Shown here piece after piece: positions 44,525 through 58,899 of a stretch of DNA of 64,000 nucleotides (positions are counted from its first letter, which is position 1; each line of letters opens with the position of its first letter). The notes beneath the pieces were generated by a model. The model saw nothing but the letters and a program-made list of their open reading frames with translations. It was not told the origin of the DNA and made no database searches. Position numbers and translations under genes: made by a program. The stretch is from Eledone cirrhosa (Eukaryota): positions 298,716,001-298,780,000 of the forward strand of contig OZ024742.1 in assembly GCA_964016885.1 (NCBI GenBank), given 5' to 3'.

Positions 44525-47169
44525 TAAATTAATAAAAATAATGAATAAACAAAGAAACAGTTCCTTATATTAAACATTCATCATTTTACGATCGTTTCTA
44601 GGATATATATGTTAGTGTTGGTATGCATATATTATAGATCTATGTAAAATTTTTACAAACTATCAGAAGGAATATACATACCTCCACATATATATGCTGT
44701 CTTCAGAAATAATGATATTTGTTTATTGAAAAAAAAACAACAAAGATTTAATACAATAGGTCTGTTTGGGAACAGGTTTTGAATTGACCAATAGAAAGAT
44801 AGTGAAGGTCAAGATGGTAAAATAGTAGTAATAGAGCCTTAATTTAGGGGTAGAGTAAAGTAGATTTCAGTTTTGGATGGAAAGAATATTATGAATGAAA
44901 GATTATTTTAGGGATGAAAATAGGTCATATGCTATCTTCAGAAATAATTATATTTGTTCATTGAATAAAACCAACAAAGATTTAATATAATAGGTCTGTT
45001 TGGGAACAGGTTTTGAATTGACCAGTAGAAAGGTAATAACTGGCCAAATGGTATAATAGTAGTAATGGAACTTTAATTTAGGGGTAGAAGAAGGCAGATT
45101 TCAGTTTTGAATGGAAGGAGTATGATGAATGAAAAGGTGATTTTAGGGGTGAAAATAGGTCAGGTCGGTAAAAGGTACACGAAAAATTGCTGTTATGAAA
45201 GAATAATGCCATTGTAAATATCTAAGGTGACTAACATTTTACGATAAAAGTGTTAGTGAAAAAAATATATGGAATTTACATCTATGAAAATAAAATAAAT
45301 TAATTAAATTGATAGGTATATTTATATTGATAAAATTATATTAATGCATATAGATATGATAAATAAGAGTTAGATGTAATTGAAGAGTGCTGTTAGAAAC
45401 GAGGGGAAATAAAAAATATATAATTATTGGGGGGGGGGGGGGTAAAATCATTAGTGAGAAATAACAAATATATAGAGATTACAATGATAATGTGTGTGGT
45501 GAAGTCATTAACAATAATTCTCTTAATAAACATCAGGATACATCCTATAAAAATAATAAACAACATCGAAACCGTAATAGACGAGTTACTTGGTATAATG
45601 CTCCATTTAATTTACAAATTAAAGATAATATACCTAAAGAAATTTTTACTATCCTAGAAAAGAGCTTCCCGCCAAACTACAAATACCATCAAATTTTAAA
45701 TAGATCAACGGTTAAATTCTCCTACTCAACAACCAAAAACATAAAACAAAATATAAGTGCCTATAATGCATATAAATGTAAAAAAACTATGAGTATACCA
45801 CCAATACATCAAACTAACCATAATATCTCCTCTGATATAGGATTCACAAAAAGTTGTAACTAGAAACAAAGCAAATTGCCCATTAAAAGGAAATTGCCTT
45901 GTTAATAACATAGTATATAAATGTAAAGTTAACACTAAGGACTTAATTTATTCATATATAGGAGCTACCTCTAACCAATTTAAAGTAAGATTTAATACCC
46001 ACAAACACAGTTTTAAAAATGCCGCATTAGCTAATACAACATCTTTAGCTGAAATAATTAATAATTATAGAAAGAGGAATATAGATTATGACCTGACCTG
46101 GAGTGTGCTCAAAAGGGCCACCCCTTATCAAAATAATAGATATGAATGTAGATTGTGTTCCCAAGAACTTTTCGAAATAATGAAATCTAAGGATATCCTA
46201 TTAAATAAGCGACAGGAATTAATAATATCGTGTAATCATAAACTGAGAAAAACCTTTAAATATTATAAACCTAATTAATATACACTTTAGAAATTATTAT
46301 AATAACATTTTTTTTAAATTTAGTTAACCTATAATTAATATTCTACTACTGATGAACTACATAATTTTATTTCCCTTTTACAACTATCTTTTCCTAAAAT
46401 TGATACCATTAAGTATACATATATACTGTTTTAATTTCAGGTTATGATTCTCTGTTCCTTGTAATCTCTATATATTTGTTATTTCTCACTAATAATTTTA
46501 CACCCCCCCCCCAATAATTATATATTTTTTATTTCCCCTCGTTTTTAACAGCACTCTTCAATTACATCTAACTCTTATTTATCATATCTATATGCATTAA
46601 TATAATTTTATCAATATAAATATACCTATCAATTTAATTAATTTATTTTATTTTCATAGATGTAAATTCCATATATTTTTTTCACTAACACTTTTATCGT
46701 AAAATTTTAGTCTCCTTAGATATTTACAATGGCATTATTCTTTTATAACAGCAATTTTTCGTGTACCTTTTACCGACCTGACCTATTTTCACCCCTAAAA
46801 TAACCTTTTCATTCATCATACTCCTTCCATTCAAAACTGAAATCTGCCTTCTTCTACCCCTAAATTAAAGTTCCATTACTACTATTATACCATTTGGCCA
46901 GTTATTACCTTTCTACTGGTCAATTCAAAACCTGTTCCCAAACAGACCTATTATATTAAATCTTTGTTGGTTTTATTCAATGAACAAATATAATTATTTC
47001 TGAAGATAGCATATGACCTATTTTCATCCCTAAAATAATCTTTCATTCATAATATTCTTTCCATCCAAAACTGAAATCTACCTTACTCTACCCCTAAATT
47101 AAGGCTCTATTACTACTATTTTACCATCTCGACCTTCACTATCTTTCTATTGGTCAATTCAAAACCTGT
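44525..47169. mobile_element. YRDD-type PLE head-to-head remnant: minus arm 44525-45484, plus arm 45485-47169 with GIY-YIG fragment 45492-46275
   Basis: 44772-45484 is the inverse of 46459-47169; VTWYNAPF, VKFSYST, CPLKGNCL..IVYKC..YIGAT..CRLC. Confidence 0.88.
44578..44715 (-). ncRNA. Type I hammerhead with about 100-nt helix II (family G)
   Basis: TCATTATTT-CTGAAGA-C..ATATATATGT..GGTATGTATAT...ATATGCATACC..ACATATATAT..A-GAAA-CGATCG-TA/AAATGATGA. Confidence 0.72.
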
Positions 47170-48984
47170 ACTCGCTAAAATACTGTTCGGTCTTAGATGT
47201 TTATAATTCTTATTTGTTAAATGCTACCAGGCTGTTCGTAGAACTAACTTAAATTCTCTCTAACCCTCTTTTTACTATTTTCACATTATTTTGTTTTCAT
47301 ATAATGTAACAATCATCTAGCATATTGTACCAATGTATAAGTGGAACTTCCGAGATAGGCTTATTTGTGGTATTTAAATGTTCTAAAATCAAACTTTAAT
47401 TGGTTAAACTTCCAAATAAATACACCACTTGAGTTTACACCCCTGTATTATTCTTATGTATATTACTGCTAATTCTACATGTCTGTATCCTTCTTTTATC
47501 TGCTACTAATGCTGACAAATTAAGGGGGAGTTAGCGCCTCTTCCTCCCCTTATTCTCTCTTGACTCACATTTACTGGGTTCCCATTCAAAAATAATATTT
47601 TATTGTTGATCAACCCTCATTTTGGGCATCAGTTCCTATTTTGTTCTGTTTATGATAAAAACTCACGATCTTTAACATATCCTTAGACATTTAATTAACC
47701 GGAGAGCAGGAAGCAACAGAGAACATTGTATAATTCCCACCCAACTTAAAAGCATAAACATAAACCGCAAAGAGAATAGTTGTTTGCAGTCTTAACATTG
47801 TGTCTTCTCAGAATGTGATAAGAGAAATCTCCACGAATGTATGAAAGACGTTATGCTAGTTTTATTTTTCTCTGTCATTGAATACTGAATTATCTGCACT
47901 ACAGAAACATCTGCATAAGGTTTGAGGATATATTTACAGACAAAACAAAACACTAACGTTTTGATTATACTTCTTCATTTTAAACAATATTTTCAGAGCA
48001 GTTAATATACTCAAATTATACTCTGTTTTGCAACTGAACACTACACTTACAGTTAACCACAAAAGCAGCAGTCTCCGTGCAAAAAGTAACTACTTTAACC
48101 CTTTTGATACAAAATCGCCCGAAACCATCTCTGGTTCTTCCATACAAAACTGTTTTAATGTGTCTACATAGAAAACCTTCGTCATACATTCATATATCAA
48201 ACTTAATAATGAAATAATTCTTAAGTATTCCGAATGTAATTTGAAAATGACATGCAATGTCTTTCATTATAAAAGATAGTAAGGAAAGGGTTAAACAAAT
48301 GAAGTAATCCTTTGTAGCTTTCAACTCATTAAAACGTTAATTATATTACTAAATCCCTCCAAATTTTAAATTTCAATGGAAATTGAAATCTGTGTCCGAG
48401 TCCTTCAAAACACATGTTTGTAATACCGGAGCTGAAATCTCTCAATTCCGAGAATTAGCGGCTCTACTTTGAGTAACACTCTGATCCCTGAGCTATGGGT
48501 AGTTACTTCATTTCATGTTATCTTTTCTATTTAATTAAAGGAATGGACACCAGCAGCAAATGCGGTTAAATTTGTGAAGAACTAGAGTCTCGTCACTTGA
48601 AAATCAATAAATTCGAAATAGCATCTGGTCTGATGTCCCTCTGGGTTTAAGAAAAACTAATGTAACAGAGGTGTTCATGCAGAGATTGTTTCTGTCAAAT
48701 TCTTGGGTGCGAAGATTCTTTTGTTGATACAATTCTAGTGGTTTTATTCTTGTTGTTATTAGAATGTTTCCAGATACATAATAGTTCATTAGGTTGAGGA
48801 TGGTAATGCATAATAATGAGTTGAGCAAAGCAATCATTTATCATTCCTTTGACAAAGTGAAATACGAGAGTGTTTATTAAAATATGAATTAATTGAAGTG
48901 AAAGAGTTATAAACTAATTGCATATGCCCAAATAAATGCTGTCTTACCGTCAAAAGCAATGTTGTAGTGGGTGGGTAGCACGGG

Positions 48985-49217
48985 ACCAAGCCTTGTAGGA
49001 ATTTTTAAGGTGGTGCAAACATCATTTTAGCAATATTGACAGAATATTTTCCACAACAAACAGATAATGTAGCGCTCACGGCGTCGTTGCAAAAAGTTGA
49101 GGTTAAGTTTTTCTAATCGACTGCAACAGTCAAAGGCTGTTATACCGTATATTGCTTTTGTAATTAACCTCTGGCGTGCTTCAATTTTCATATTTTGATT
49201 CCTATGCGGAGACCACT
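48985..49217 (-). mobile_element. Old CR1/L2 3' fragment
   Basis: IEARQR.ITKAI.G..RLEKLNL..LQRRRERYIIC.LWKI. Confidence 0.65.
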
Positions 49218-49333
49218 CACACACACATATATATATATATATACGACGTCTCCCAACGAATGTATACACACTTTTATTAGAATGCTGTTGAAGTGTGTAT
49301 ACATTTTTGGGACACCCTGTATATATATATATA

Positions 49334-49874
<541 letters not shown>

Positions 49875-49920
49875 TAAACAAATAATGAATAAACAATTCC
49901 TTATATTAAACAAAAAAAGT

Positions 49921-50073
49921 TCATTATTTAACGATCGTTTCTAGGATATATATGTGTTAGAATTGGTATGCATATTCAACAGATCTATGTACAAAATTAT
50001 ACAAAATTATACAAATTATCAAGATTAAATATACATACCAAACACATATATACGCCGTCTTCAGAAATAATGA
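49921..50073 (-). ncRNA. Family G hammerhead, second copy
   Basis: 9-bp helix I TCATTATTT/AAATAATGA; 13+17-bp helix II; ACGATCGT helix III; GUU site. Confidence 0.75.
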
Positions 50074-50138
50074 AGTATATTTATTGATAAGTTCTTCATA
50101 CGGATTGGACACTACCGTAAACTCTTGGTAGATTTATC

Positions 50139-50188
<50 letters not shown>

Positions 50189-50278
50189 CATATATATAGG
50201 GTGTTCAAGTACGAAATTTGTAGATATTTCTGGAAAAACCCCCAAAATTTCTACAAATTTCATACTTGACGACCCAAC

Positions 50279-50337
<59 letters not shown>

Positions 50338-51050
50338 GTATATATATATACATCTTCTAATATGTATACTGCAAAGAAGATTAAAGATTTGGTCATTATA
50401 AATGAACATTATGACTATTTTACTATTATAACCTGTGTCTGTTGTTTAATTCATGGGAATAAATCTTGGCTATTTGGAAACCTATCTCTGCTGTGATAAA
50501 TATTGCTGCGTCGAAGGTCATCGATCTTTCGTTAGTTGAAATTTATTGAAAATATTTGATAATATCTAAACACTTATCTAATGATGGATCGCTGCATTTC
50601 ATTCTAATTTTTATTAGTTTGGCGTTATTTAATAATTACATTTAGTTATCATGGAATGGTGCACTCACTTTATATGCAAAAGACCACCAGACGTCTTATC
50701 AACCTGTGATTTAGATAATGGAACAGGTTTACTTATCGCTTGCTTCCATCTGATGAAAATCATCTATCTTCTGTTTGCCATTAGCTTTTTCGTATTGTGA
50801 AAATTGTTTAATTTTTATAATTATATTAAAGGAAGGTGATTAATATATATCGTGCCATTTAGGATGCGATATTGGATGTTATTGATAAGGAACAGAGAAA
50901 GAATTATTTTTAGAAGAAAAATAATGTAAAATATAAATTCATAATATCGTGCTTCTAATAAAATAATCATTTAGGAGATTTTTATGTCTCACCTAAATAT
51001 AATCAAACTAACAAGAGGGAATTGAATGGATGGAATATGGTTAATGCAAC

Positions 51051-51096
<46 letters not shown>

Positions 51097-52133
51097 GTGT
51101 GTGCGTGTGTGTATGTATGTGTGTATGTATGTATATACATACATGCATATATATACAAACCAGTATTTATCTAACTATATATATATATATATATATGCAT
51201 ATGTATGCACAATAATTTCGTACAAATACCCAAAATTCGTAAAGCAGTCAATGGAAGGGACGAGTTGTGGATTAATATTGTAGTTTTGATTAATTGATAC
51301 CAGTATTTCATTGGTGTCAATTCGTCGGTCTGGTATTTAGGAACGGTTGCCTTCCTTATCTTTCGTTATATTAGAGATCTAATAAAGGGTAAGAGTTGGA
51401 AGTAAAAGTTTAAATAAGTAAAGATGAGTATGTAAGTGGGTGGAGAATAAAGAACAAATAAGGGAACTAATTTAGGTGATTTAATAGAGAATGACATAGG
51501 AGGATTTAAAAAAAAAAATTGTGTAGGTTATGAAAGGAGAAGTAGAAGAAGCTGAAGTTGGAGAAAACATGGAGACTATAGGGAGCTTTCTGCATTTTAA
51601 TTAAAAAGTGTTTTTCATCACTTTTTTTTATCAGGCTTTTGGAAGCATTTTTTCCAGTAGTCATTCAAGCACCCGTGAAAAGGGTAGTGCCCATCATGCA
51701 TCGTAAGGAGAAAAGAGGATTTGCCGAAATAGTTCAAAATACATAAAAAAGTTACTTCATTAAAAAAAATAAAACAATATGACCGATGGAATTGATTCTA
51801 TTGTTGTTGTGGTGGATGTGGTAGTGTTGTGATTTTGTTGGTATGGTGGTGGTGATTTGTTTTCAGTCATTCGACTGGATTGCCCTCATAGTGGAGCAAC
51901 GTCGTAAAGAGTTTCATCGATAATATTGATGCCATTACTTATTTCAGTTTAGTACCAATAGATCTGAGTACTAAGTTACAGTCAAAAGCAAGGAAACACC
52001 TGCATGCACACATATACCCATACGCACTGAATATTAATATTTCAAATAATATATTTATGCAGAGATACAATGATTATTATCCAAAGATATGAGAGCGTCA
52101 GAAACCATGCTTAGAAGCATAGAGTAATAACCC

Positions 52134-52250
52134 TTTACGTTCTGACTTCAAATCCCGCCGAGGTCAACTTTGCCATTCATCCTTACGGGATCGATAAAAT
52201 AAAGAACCAGTAATGTACTGGGCTAATTGTTGGCCTTGTACCAAAAGTAG
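52134..52250 (+). mobile_element. SINE fragment (octopus-type core)
   Basis: TTCAAATCCCGCCGAGGTCAACTTTGCCATTCATCCTT.CGGG.TCGATAAAATAAAG.ACCAG. Confidence 0.55.
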
Positions 52251-52424
52251 AAACAATTATTATCCAAGATATTGTCTACCGAGTGAGATATCTTTTTCCA
52301 GAGCAATGTGCTTGTGTGTGTGTATGTATATGCTTGTGTGCATGTGAATATGTATGTGTTTATATATATATATGTATGTACATGCACACAAGCACATACA
52401 TACGCACACACATGCATGTGTGTG

Positions 52425-52474
<50 letters not shown>

Positions 52475-52480
52475 TATAAG

Positions 52481-52547
<67 letters not shown>

Positions 52548-52575
52548 ATATATATATATAGAGAGAGATATAAGT

Positions 52576-52655
<80 letters not shown>

Positions 52656-52679
52656 ATATATATATAGAGAGAGATATAA

Positions 52680-52728
<49 letters not shown>

Positions 52729-52741
52729 GAGAGAGATATAA

Positions 52742-52800
<59 letters not shown>

Positions 52801-52802
<2 letters not shown>

Positions 52803-53013
52803 AGGAGGTTATAGTTCACTTGAAGCATTGTGTAATGAGGTATAAACGTTAGAATATGTGTAATAAGGCCAAGACAATGCAGATATGGACATAGAAAAAA
52901 GAATGCAATAGTGAAAGATATTGATGAGAATTCTCATCAATATCTTTCACTATTGCATTCTTTTTTCTATGTCCATATCTGCATTGTCTTGGCCTTATTA
53001 CACATATTCTAAC

Positions 53014-53020
<7 letters not shown>
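52801..53020. repeat. Perfect spacer-less 180-bp palindrome (52841-53020) with a 40-bp one-sided extension, in (TA)n
   Basis: Arms are exact reverse complements around GAA|TTC at 52930/52931. Confidence 0.92.
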
Positions 53021-53079
<59 letters not shown>

Positions 53080-53709
53080 TGTGTGTGTGTGCATATATAT
53101 AATCAATCATTATTTCCTTCCAGGTGTAAACATGTAATTCCACATAATTATTTGAATGTTGTAAGCCGTTCTTTCGATTGTTCTGTTATTTTAGTTTCAA
53201 TTTGACCCGAAATGCCTCTCGGATATACACAATCATTACTTGCTTTCTTTTTGAAAATAATACTGGCCACTTTATTTCATTTCTTTAATAACCCAAAACA
53301 TGTACTTTTCTTATCTCATAGTATCTGTAATATCTGTCTATCATTTATATGCACACTATTTACCAGTTTAAAAGCATATGATTGAAATAATCAATTCATA
53401 TTTTCATATTCCGATATTAAGTAAAATTTCCATTAAACGATTTTTTCAAAATAATGGTGCATTAATTTTTAACGGTCCATTTTGAAAAGAATATATTATT
53501 ATAAGTATTTCAAATATATTGATGAGACAAATTTATTGTAAATAAGTACATACCCATTCTTTTTCTGACAAAATAATTAATAATTAATATTCACTTTCTT
53601 CACCAAATTTTAGCAAAGCTATAGTTGTGTAGAGTGGAATGTGTGGGTGTTTGTGTACAGATAAAGGTACAGAGATAGACATACAGACAGACAAATATAT
53701 TTATATATA

Positions 53710-53917
53710 GTGGTAGAACACTGGAAGGTAATATCCGTAGTATTAGAGCACTCAGTCTATGGGACGAGTTAGGTAGAAGTGGTTACACAACAGTTAGTTC
53801 ACCATACCGAGAACAATTGTTTCACCTTAGCGGATCCTCAGCTCGTAATGGACATAGTTATACGTTCCGTATAACCATGTCCATTACGAGCTGAGGATCC
53901 GCTAAGGTGAAACAATT
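53710..53917. mobile_element. Short palindromic 3' end (family H) with HHR at 53808-53845 (minus)
   Basis: CGAG-CTGAGGA-T-CC-gctaa-GG-T-GAAA-C-aatt-GTT/CTCG; arms 53815-53864 and 53868-53917. Confidence 0.75.
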
Positions 53918-53930
53918 ATATATATATATA

Positions 53931-54120
53931 AGTTATTCCGGGTTCAATCGGGGGTAACCACAGTAAGTAAGGAACTCAATACATAGCAGAGTATAAATGT
54001 TTTAATATAGAAAAGCTTCTACAGGACTAGAACTGTTTCATTCGTGAGAAATCATCAGGATTCCTGATGATTTCTCACAAATGAAACAGTTCTAGGCCTG
54101 TAGAAGCTTTTCTATATTAA
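53931..54120. mobile_element. Family I palindrome, second copy
   Basis: Arms 54002-54060 and 54062-54120; CTGATGA-TTTC-tcac-GAAT-GAAA-C..GTC. Confidence 0.72.
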
Positions 54121-54630
54121 TATATATATATATAGTAATAATAAATGTGAAGACTAAGATCCGAAGAGGGTTCGATAAGGATTATATATATATATGTGTG
54201 TGTGATTGAACATCTATTCACCTATTCTTAACAGAGGTGAAGCACTCCACGGTTTTTATTCTTCCAGAGTTTTATCGTTATAACAAACAAGAAAGACGGT
54301 TTTGTACGGGATGTACGAACAAAACCGTCTTTCTTGATTATTATTATTAATTTGAGGAGGAGAGGGGTGCTCTCCCGGGTTCCCTAGAAGCGCAGGGTGG
54401 TTCAGCAATGGTGGGGTACCTGAGTCACCTCTGGGTCGTACACCCCCCTCCTACTGGGGAATTTATTTTGTTATATTTATGCATAGTTTATTTTATATTT
54501 TTTATATTTACACTGTTAAATTAGTCTTGCCATTGTGCACTTTTACTCGAGCTTATTGTAAACCTCCACTGTTCGTGTCTTTGTATTGTCCCCTACATGT
54601 CGGCCCTTGTGGCCAATAAATGAAATCATT

Positions 54631-54676
<46 letters not shown>

Positions 54677-54766
54677 AGTGTGTGAGTGTGTGTGTGTAGC
54701 GACAATCTGTCAATTACGACGACGTTGTTGATACGACGGACGGAATAGTTTTCTCGTGAAATTGAC

Positions 54767-54998
54767 GTGCATGTGGTTGAACATTCGAGAGACACCACGT
54801 GTATTTTTGACGAATCTCAGGGAGATTCAGTCTGAAATGAAATGACTGGTCCTTCGCGTTACATGTAAAACTCATTTTTCCAGTTGACTGAACTGGAGCA
54901 ATGTGAAATCAAGTGACTTGCTCAAGGACACAATGCACTGCCGTGAATAGGTCTCACGATCTTACGAGAGTGAACGGAAAATCCTAACCACTAAATTG

Positions 54999-55009
<11 letters not shown>
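54767..55009 (-). mobile_element. tRNA-derived SINE
   Basis: ACTGGAGCAATGTGAAAT.AAGTG.CTTGCTCAAGGACACAA...CCTAACCACTAA. Confidence 0.6.
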
Positions 55010-55048
<39 letters not shown>

Positions 55049-55133
55049 GATTTATATATATATATTACATGCATACACGCGCGTATATATAGACATATAT
55101 TATATGCATACACACACGCGCGTATATATATAA

Positions 55134-55185
<52 letters not shown>

Positions 55186-57269
55186 TTTACACCTTGCAGC
55201 TTTTTATATAATTCCATTTTTCTCGAATATTTGGATAAAAAAACAAGAAACCATTGATATATTTATTGATATCTATATTAATACTTTCAACAGATTCCAT
55301 CACATATTTCACTAAAAAATTTTATGTTTTTTGTCTTTAGGTTCATCTCAGATATAATTGCTTTGCAGCGTTCCATACTTGACCATAGAATTACAACAAT
55401 CCATAAACATTTTATCTTTGCAGAAAAGAAAATGATGTATGCTTTGTATTGTTATCTAAACACAATTTTTTGAATGAAAATTCGAAAGGAATTTCAATTG
55501 ATTCTCGATAAATATTCAAACCAGTTAACAATGGACTGGTAATGGAAAGATAAATAAAAATCCGAAGTTCGTCGTTGCAGATACATTTTATTCCCTCAAA
55601 CTACTACTTAAATGGTGTCTCCCTTGGTTTGCTCACGCACACTACCATCCACGAAGTGAACTCATCTGTGATGCAGTCGCACATGAACTCTTCTCCGGGT
55701 TGTGTAAATGTTGATGTGCATTGAGGAAAACGGCGATTAGCACGATCAATTAAAATATTAAGCTAATATTTGGTTATTGCATATGACTCTCACATTATGA
55801 ATTGTGACTGGCTGAAAATATCTGCCTAAGACGCCTGTAACCACCGAACGTGGAAAGCTATGAATGTAGAGGATAGAGTCGGATCAACCCATCCTATGTG
55901 AACGAAGATACAAGTGCAATAAAGTAGTAATTGAAGTATAACAAATAAAGTAAACCAGGTTGTAACCATCTGCAATTTTAAGCTCACCAACTTTCTCATT
56001 CGTCGCTGTTCATACAGTTTATTAAGAGAAAGGAATCGATCGTCTGATCAGACGAACGATATGATGTTTCCATTGGTGTTTACACTGCGGTTACTCTCTG
56101 ACGGATGCACCTATATGAATGATCGTCACCGCTTCTCCGTTGTCAGAAGGCAAGATTTGAATTTAGAATGCACACATTCAGAACAAATACTGCCAAGCGT
56201 TCTGTCAAACATTTTAACAATTCTCCCAGTCCAGCGTCCCCTGTAATTTTATTTTGTTTATCGACTTCCGAATGGATAAAAATAATGCTGACGTTAGTGG
56301 GAGTTGAATTCAAAGTGCAGAGAACTGGAATAAATATTGAGGCATTTAAATCGACAGACTAACCACTGTTAATTTGCCGTCTATAATTGGTATCTATAAC
56401 ATGTCAGGATGTTCACCTTTGAAATATATTGAAAGTATTTTCCCAATAATAACTGTCCCAACGAAAGACACTTTCAGTTCTTCAAATATAATCGGGTATT
56501 TTCCGATACGAGAGAATCCAACTCCATATGTTATCTCTAGACAGATATCAGTATTGGCCAAAAAAAGCGAAAAAAACAAAAAAAAACAAACAAACAAATA
56601 GAAAATGAAAATATAGAACATCTTTAATTTCCAATGCAATCCCTCAACATAGTCGCCATCTAATAATTGAAAGTAGTAGCAAAGTTTACTGCCAGACAAT
56701 AAAGCGTCCAAAAAAAAAACTTATCACAAAATAATGAATTGTAATTTATGCAAAACAATCAATATCGAATAGATTGATTGGTTTCATGAAGATGGTATCG
56801 TAATTAGATATGTTATTTACTAGCTATTTCCAGTCGAGGTGGGCTGCAAATGATTCCTGGGTCATTCAGTATGGAGAATGCTCACTACGTTTTGAATGAC
56901 AGGAAGAGAGAAGAAGGCTGCAGTTTACAGAATGGAGGAGGCAGTATTTGCTTTGGAGCAGGAGAAAGGAGTTAAGCTTGAAGTCAGGAGGCGAAGATGG
57001 GCAGTAATTTGACCCAATTGCTGACCCATCAATAAGAAAGTGTTACGGTTGAGGGTCGAAACACCCAATAAACGTTGGATACCGTCCGATGTCAACAACG
57101 TCTTCTGGCCAAGGCAAAGTTCACTGATTGTGAATGAATGTAAGGAATCTTCTTCAATATGTAATTATGCCTAATTCGGTATTAAAACAATCAAATCTTA
57201 CACCTATGCAGATTTATCTGGATTCGTACGAAGTTTTGTTTGATAGGAGGTTTCTCGTGTGTTTTATTG

Positions 57270-57415
57270 ATACCTTGCTCCAATTATATCATTAAAGGCA
57301 ATGTGAATTGAAGCGTTTTGTTGCAGAGCGCAATGCATCACCCGGTTTTTGAATGGAACCCATGACTATGTGATCGTGAATGAAATACCATAACAACTAC
57401 GCCACGAGCCTTCAC
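57270..57415 (-). mobile_element. Old SINE head
   Basis: Similar to 54890-55009; ends GCCACGAGCCTTCAC. Confidence 0.45.
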
Positions 57416-58899
57416 ATATTTTGTGATATAAGAGAATTCACCGTAGAAAGGTTAATCCAGACAAAAGCTCACTATTGACACAAAAACACACACACGAAAA
57501 TATAACTACAAAACATTGTAAATGAATAAAACGTTAAAACGCAACGTCGCCTAAATTCATTAAATCAAACCCAAAATATGGGAGCTCCGTTACTATTATA
57601 ATCTTTGCGCACGATGTGCCTTGTATATACAAACAGAGAAAGATCGGATAGATTTATTGGATTCATTAAGTCGCAGGTGATATGTCATGCAGTCAGGTAT
57701 CAAGAAACGGCATCCTGAAAATGACATGCATAATACATTTTCCTCAGATGTTTGCTATTCAAATCATGTATAGTATTCTGATATCACCTTCAGCAAAGCG
57801 CTTTCTTTTCTTCTGAACAGAAAAATAAAAAAAATAAAAATAAAACGAATAATTGATTATGGTGAATTCCTATATTTTGAAAACAAATCAACAACAATTA
57901 AACATGTTAGTTGTGCGGAAATTGCAAACAAAAACCTGGATCGACGTCGTAAAAGAACGTTAACTCCAGTTTTAAGCAGTCATTTTCCAGAAGACATTGT
58001 TATCAATCTTGGTATGTTATTAATGAATCAGAGTGGTTTCACTTGTGAATATGTCTATTTATTTTTGCTACAGTTGACAACATTTTAATTAATTTCATAT
58101 CCTTATAATTAAATGGTAGTCACTTTGTATACGACTCCTAGACAAGGAAAATGTATAGGTTATGCATTTCATGACGCAAGATTAATATAGATTTCACGAA
58201 ATACTCTTCATTGTGCTCCACCCAATAGAATGTTTGATTCATTTTGCTTTATAACCCATATGTTTATTTGTGATTTTATTTTATGAATAAAAGGAAATAA
58301 TCAATCATCATACCAACAAGACCAGACCACACCCCTATTCGATTGCTAGATTAGATTTTTAATTAATTACACTGTTCCCGTTTTTATCAATTATCTCCAA
58401 TGTGCCACTGGGAAATCATACTTTCTGTTCGTTGTTCCTTTTTCTAAGGACATTAGTGCATGTTTCATTGAAGATATCAGCTGTGCTATGGTGGAAACTT
58501 ACTACATGACATTATGCATGAGGAATCGAAGAAACCTGGGATTATAAGGGAAGAAATGTGATCTGGATATCTAAGAATCGTTGTCCTAGCGCATCGAACC
58601 TATTTTCAGTACAGCGGAGATAAGATAGCTACATTTGTTTCGTTTGTGCTCTCTCTCTTTCTGTTTCTATCTATCTCACTCTCACTTTCTCTTTCTCTCC
58701 TCCCCTCTCTCTAACTTTCTCTCTCTCCATATCTCCGTTTCTATCTCTTTATGTCACTCTCGCTTGCTCTTTATCTCTCTCCCCCACTTTCTCTTTCTCT
58801 ATCTATGTCCATATCTATCTACCAGACGTGTGTAACTTCGCGGAGAATTTTCTGTAAATTTATGTAAGAAAAACCGTGAGGTTTCAGTTAAATGTTATA

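Noticed and set aside
46349-46356. Isolated CTGATGA (also near 50750)
   Set aside because: No matching helix II, GAAA or helix I
56394-56711. ORFs on both strands, possible exon
   Set aside because: No recognisable homology and a weak donor site
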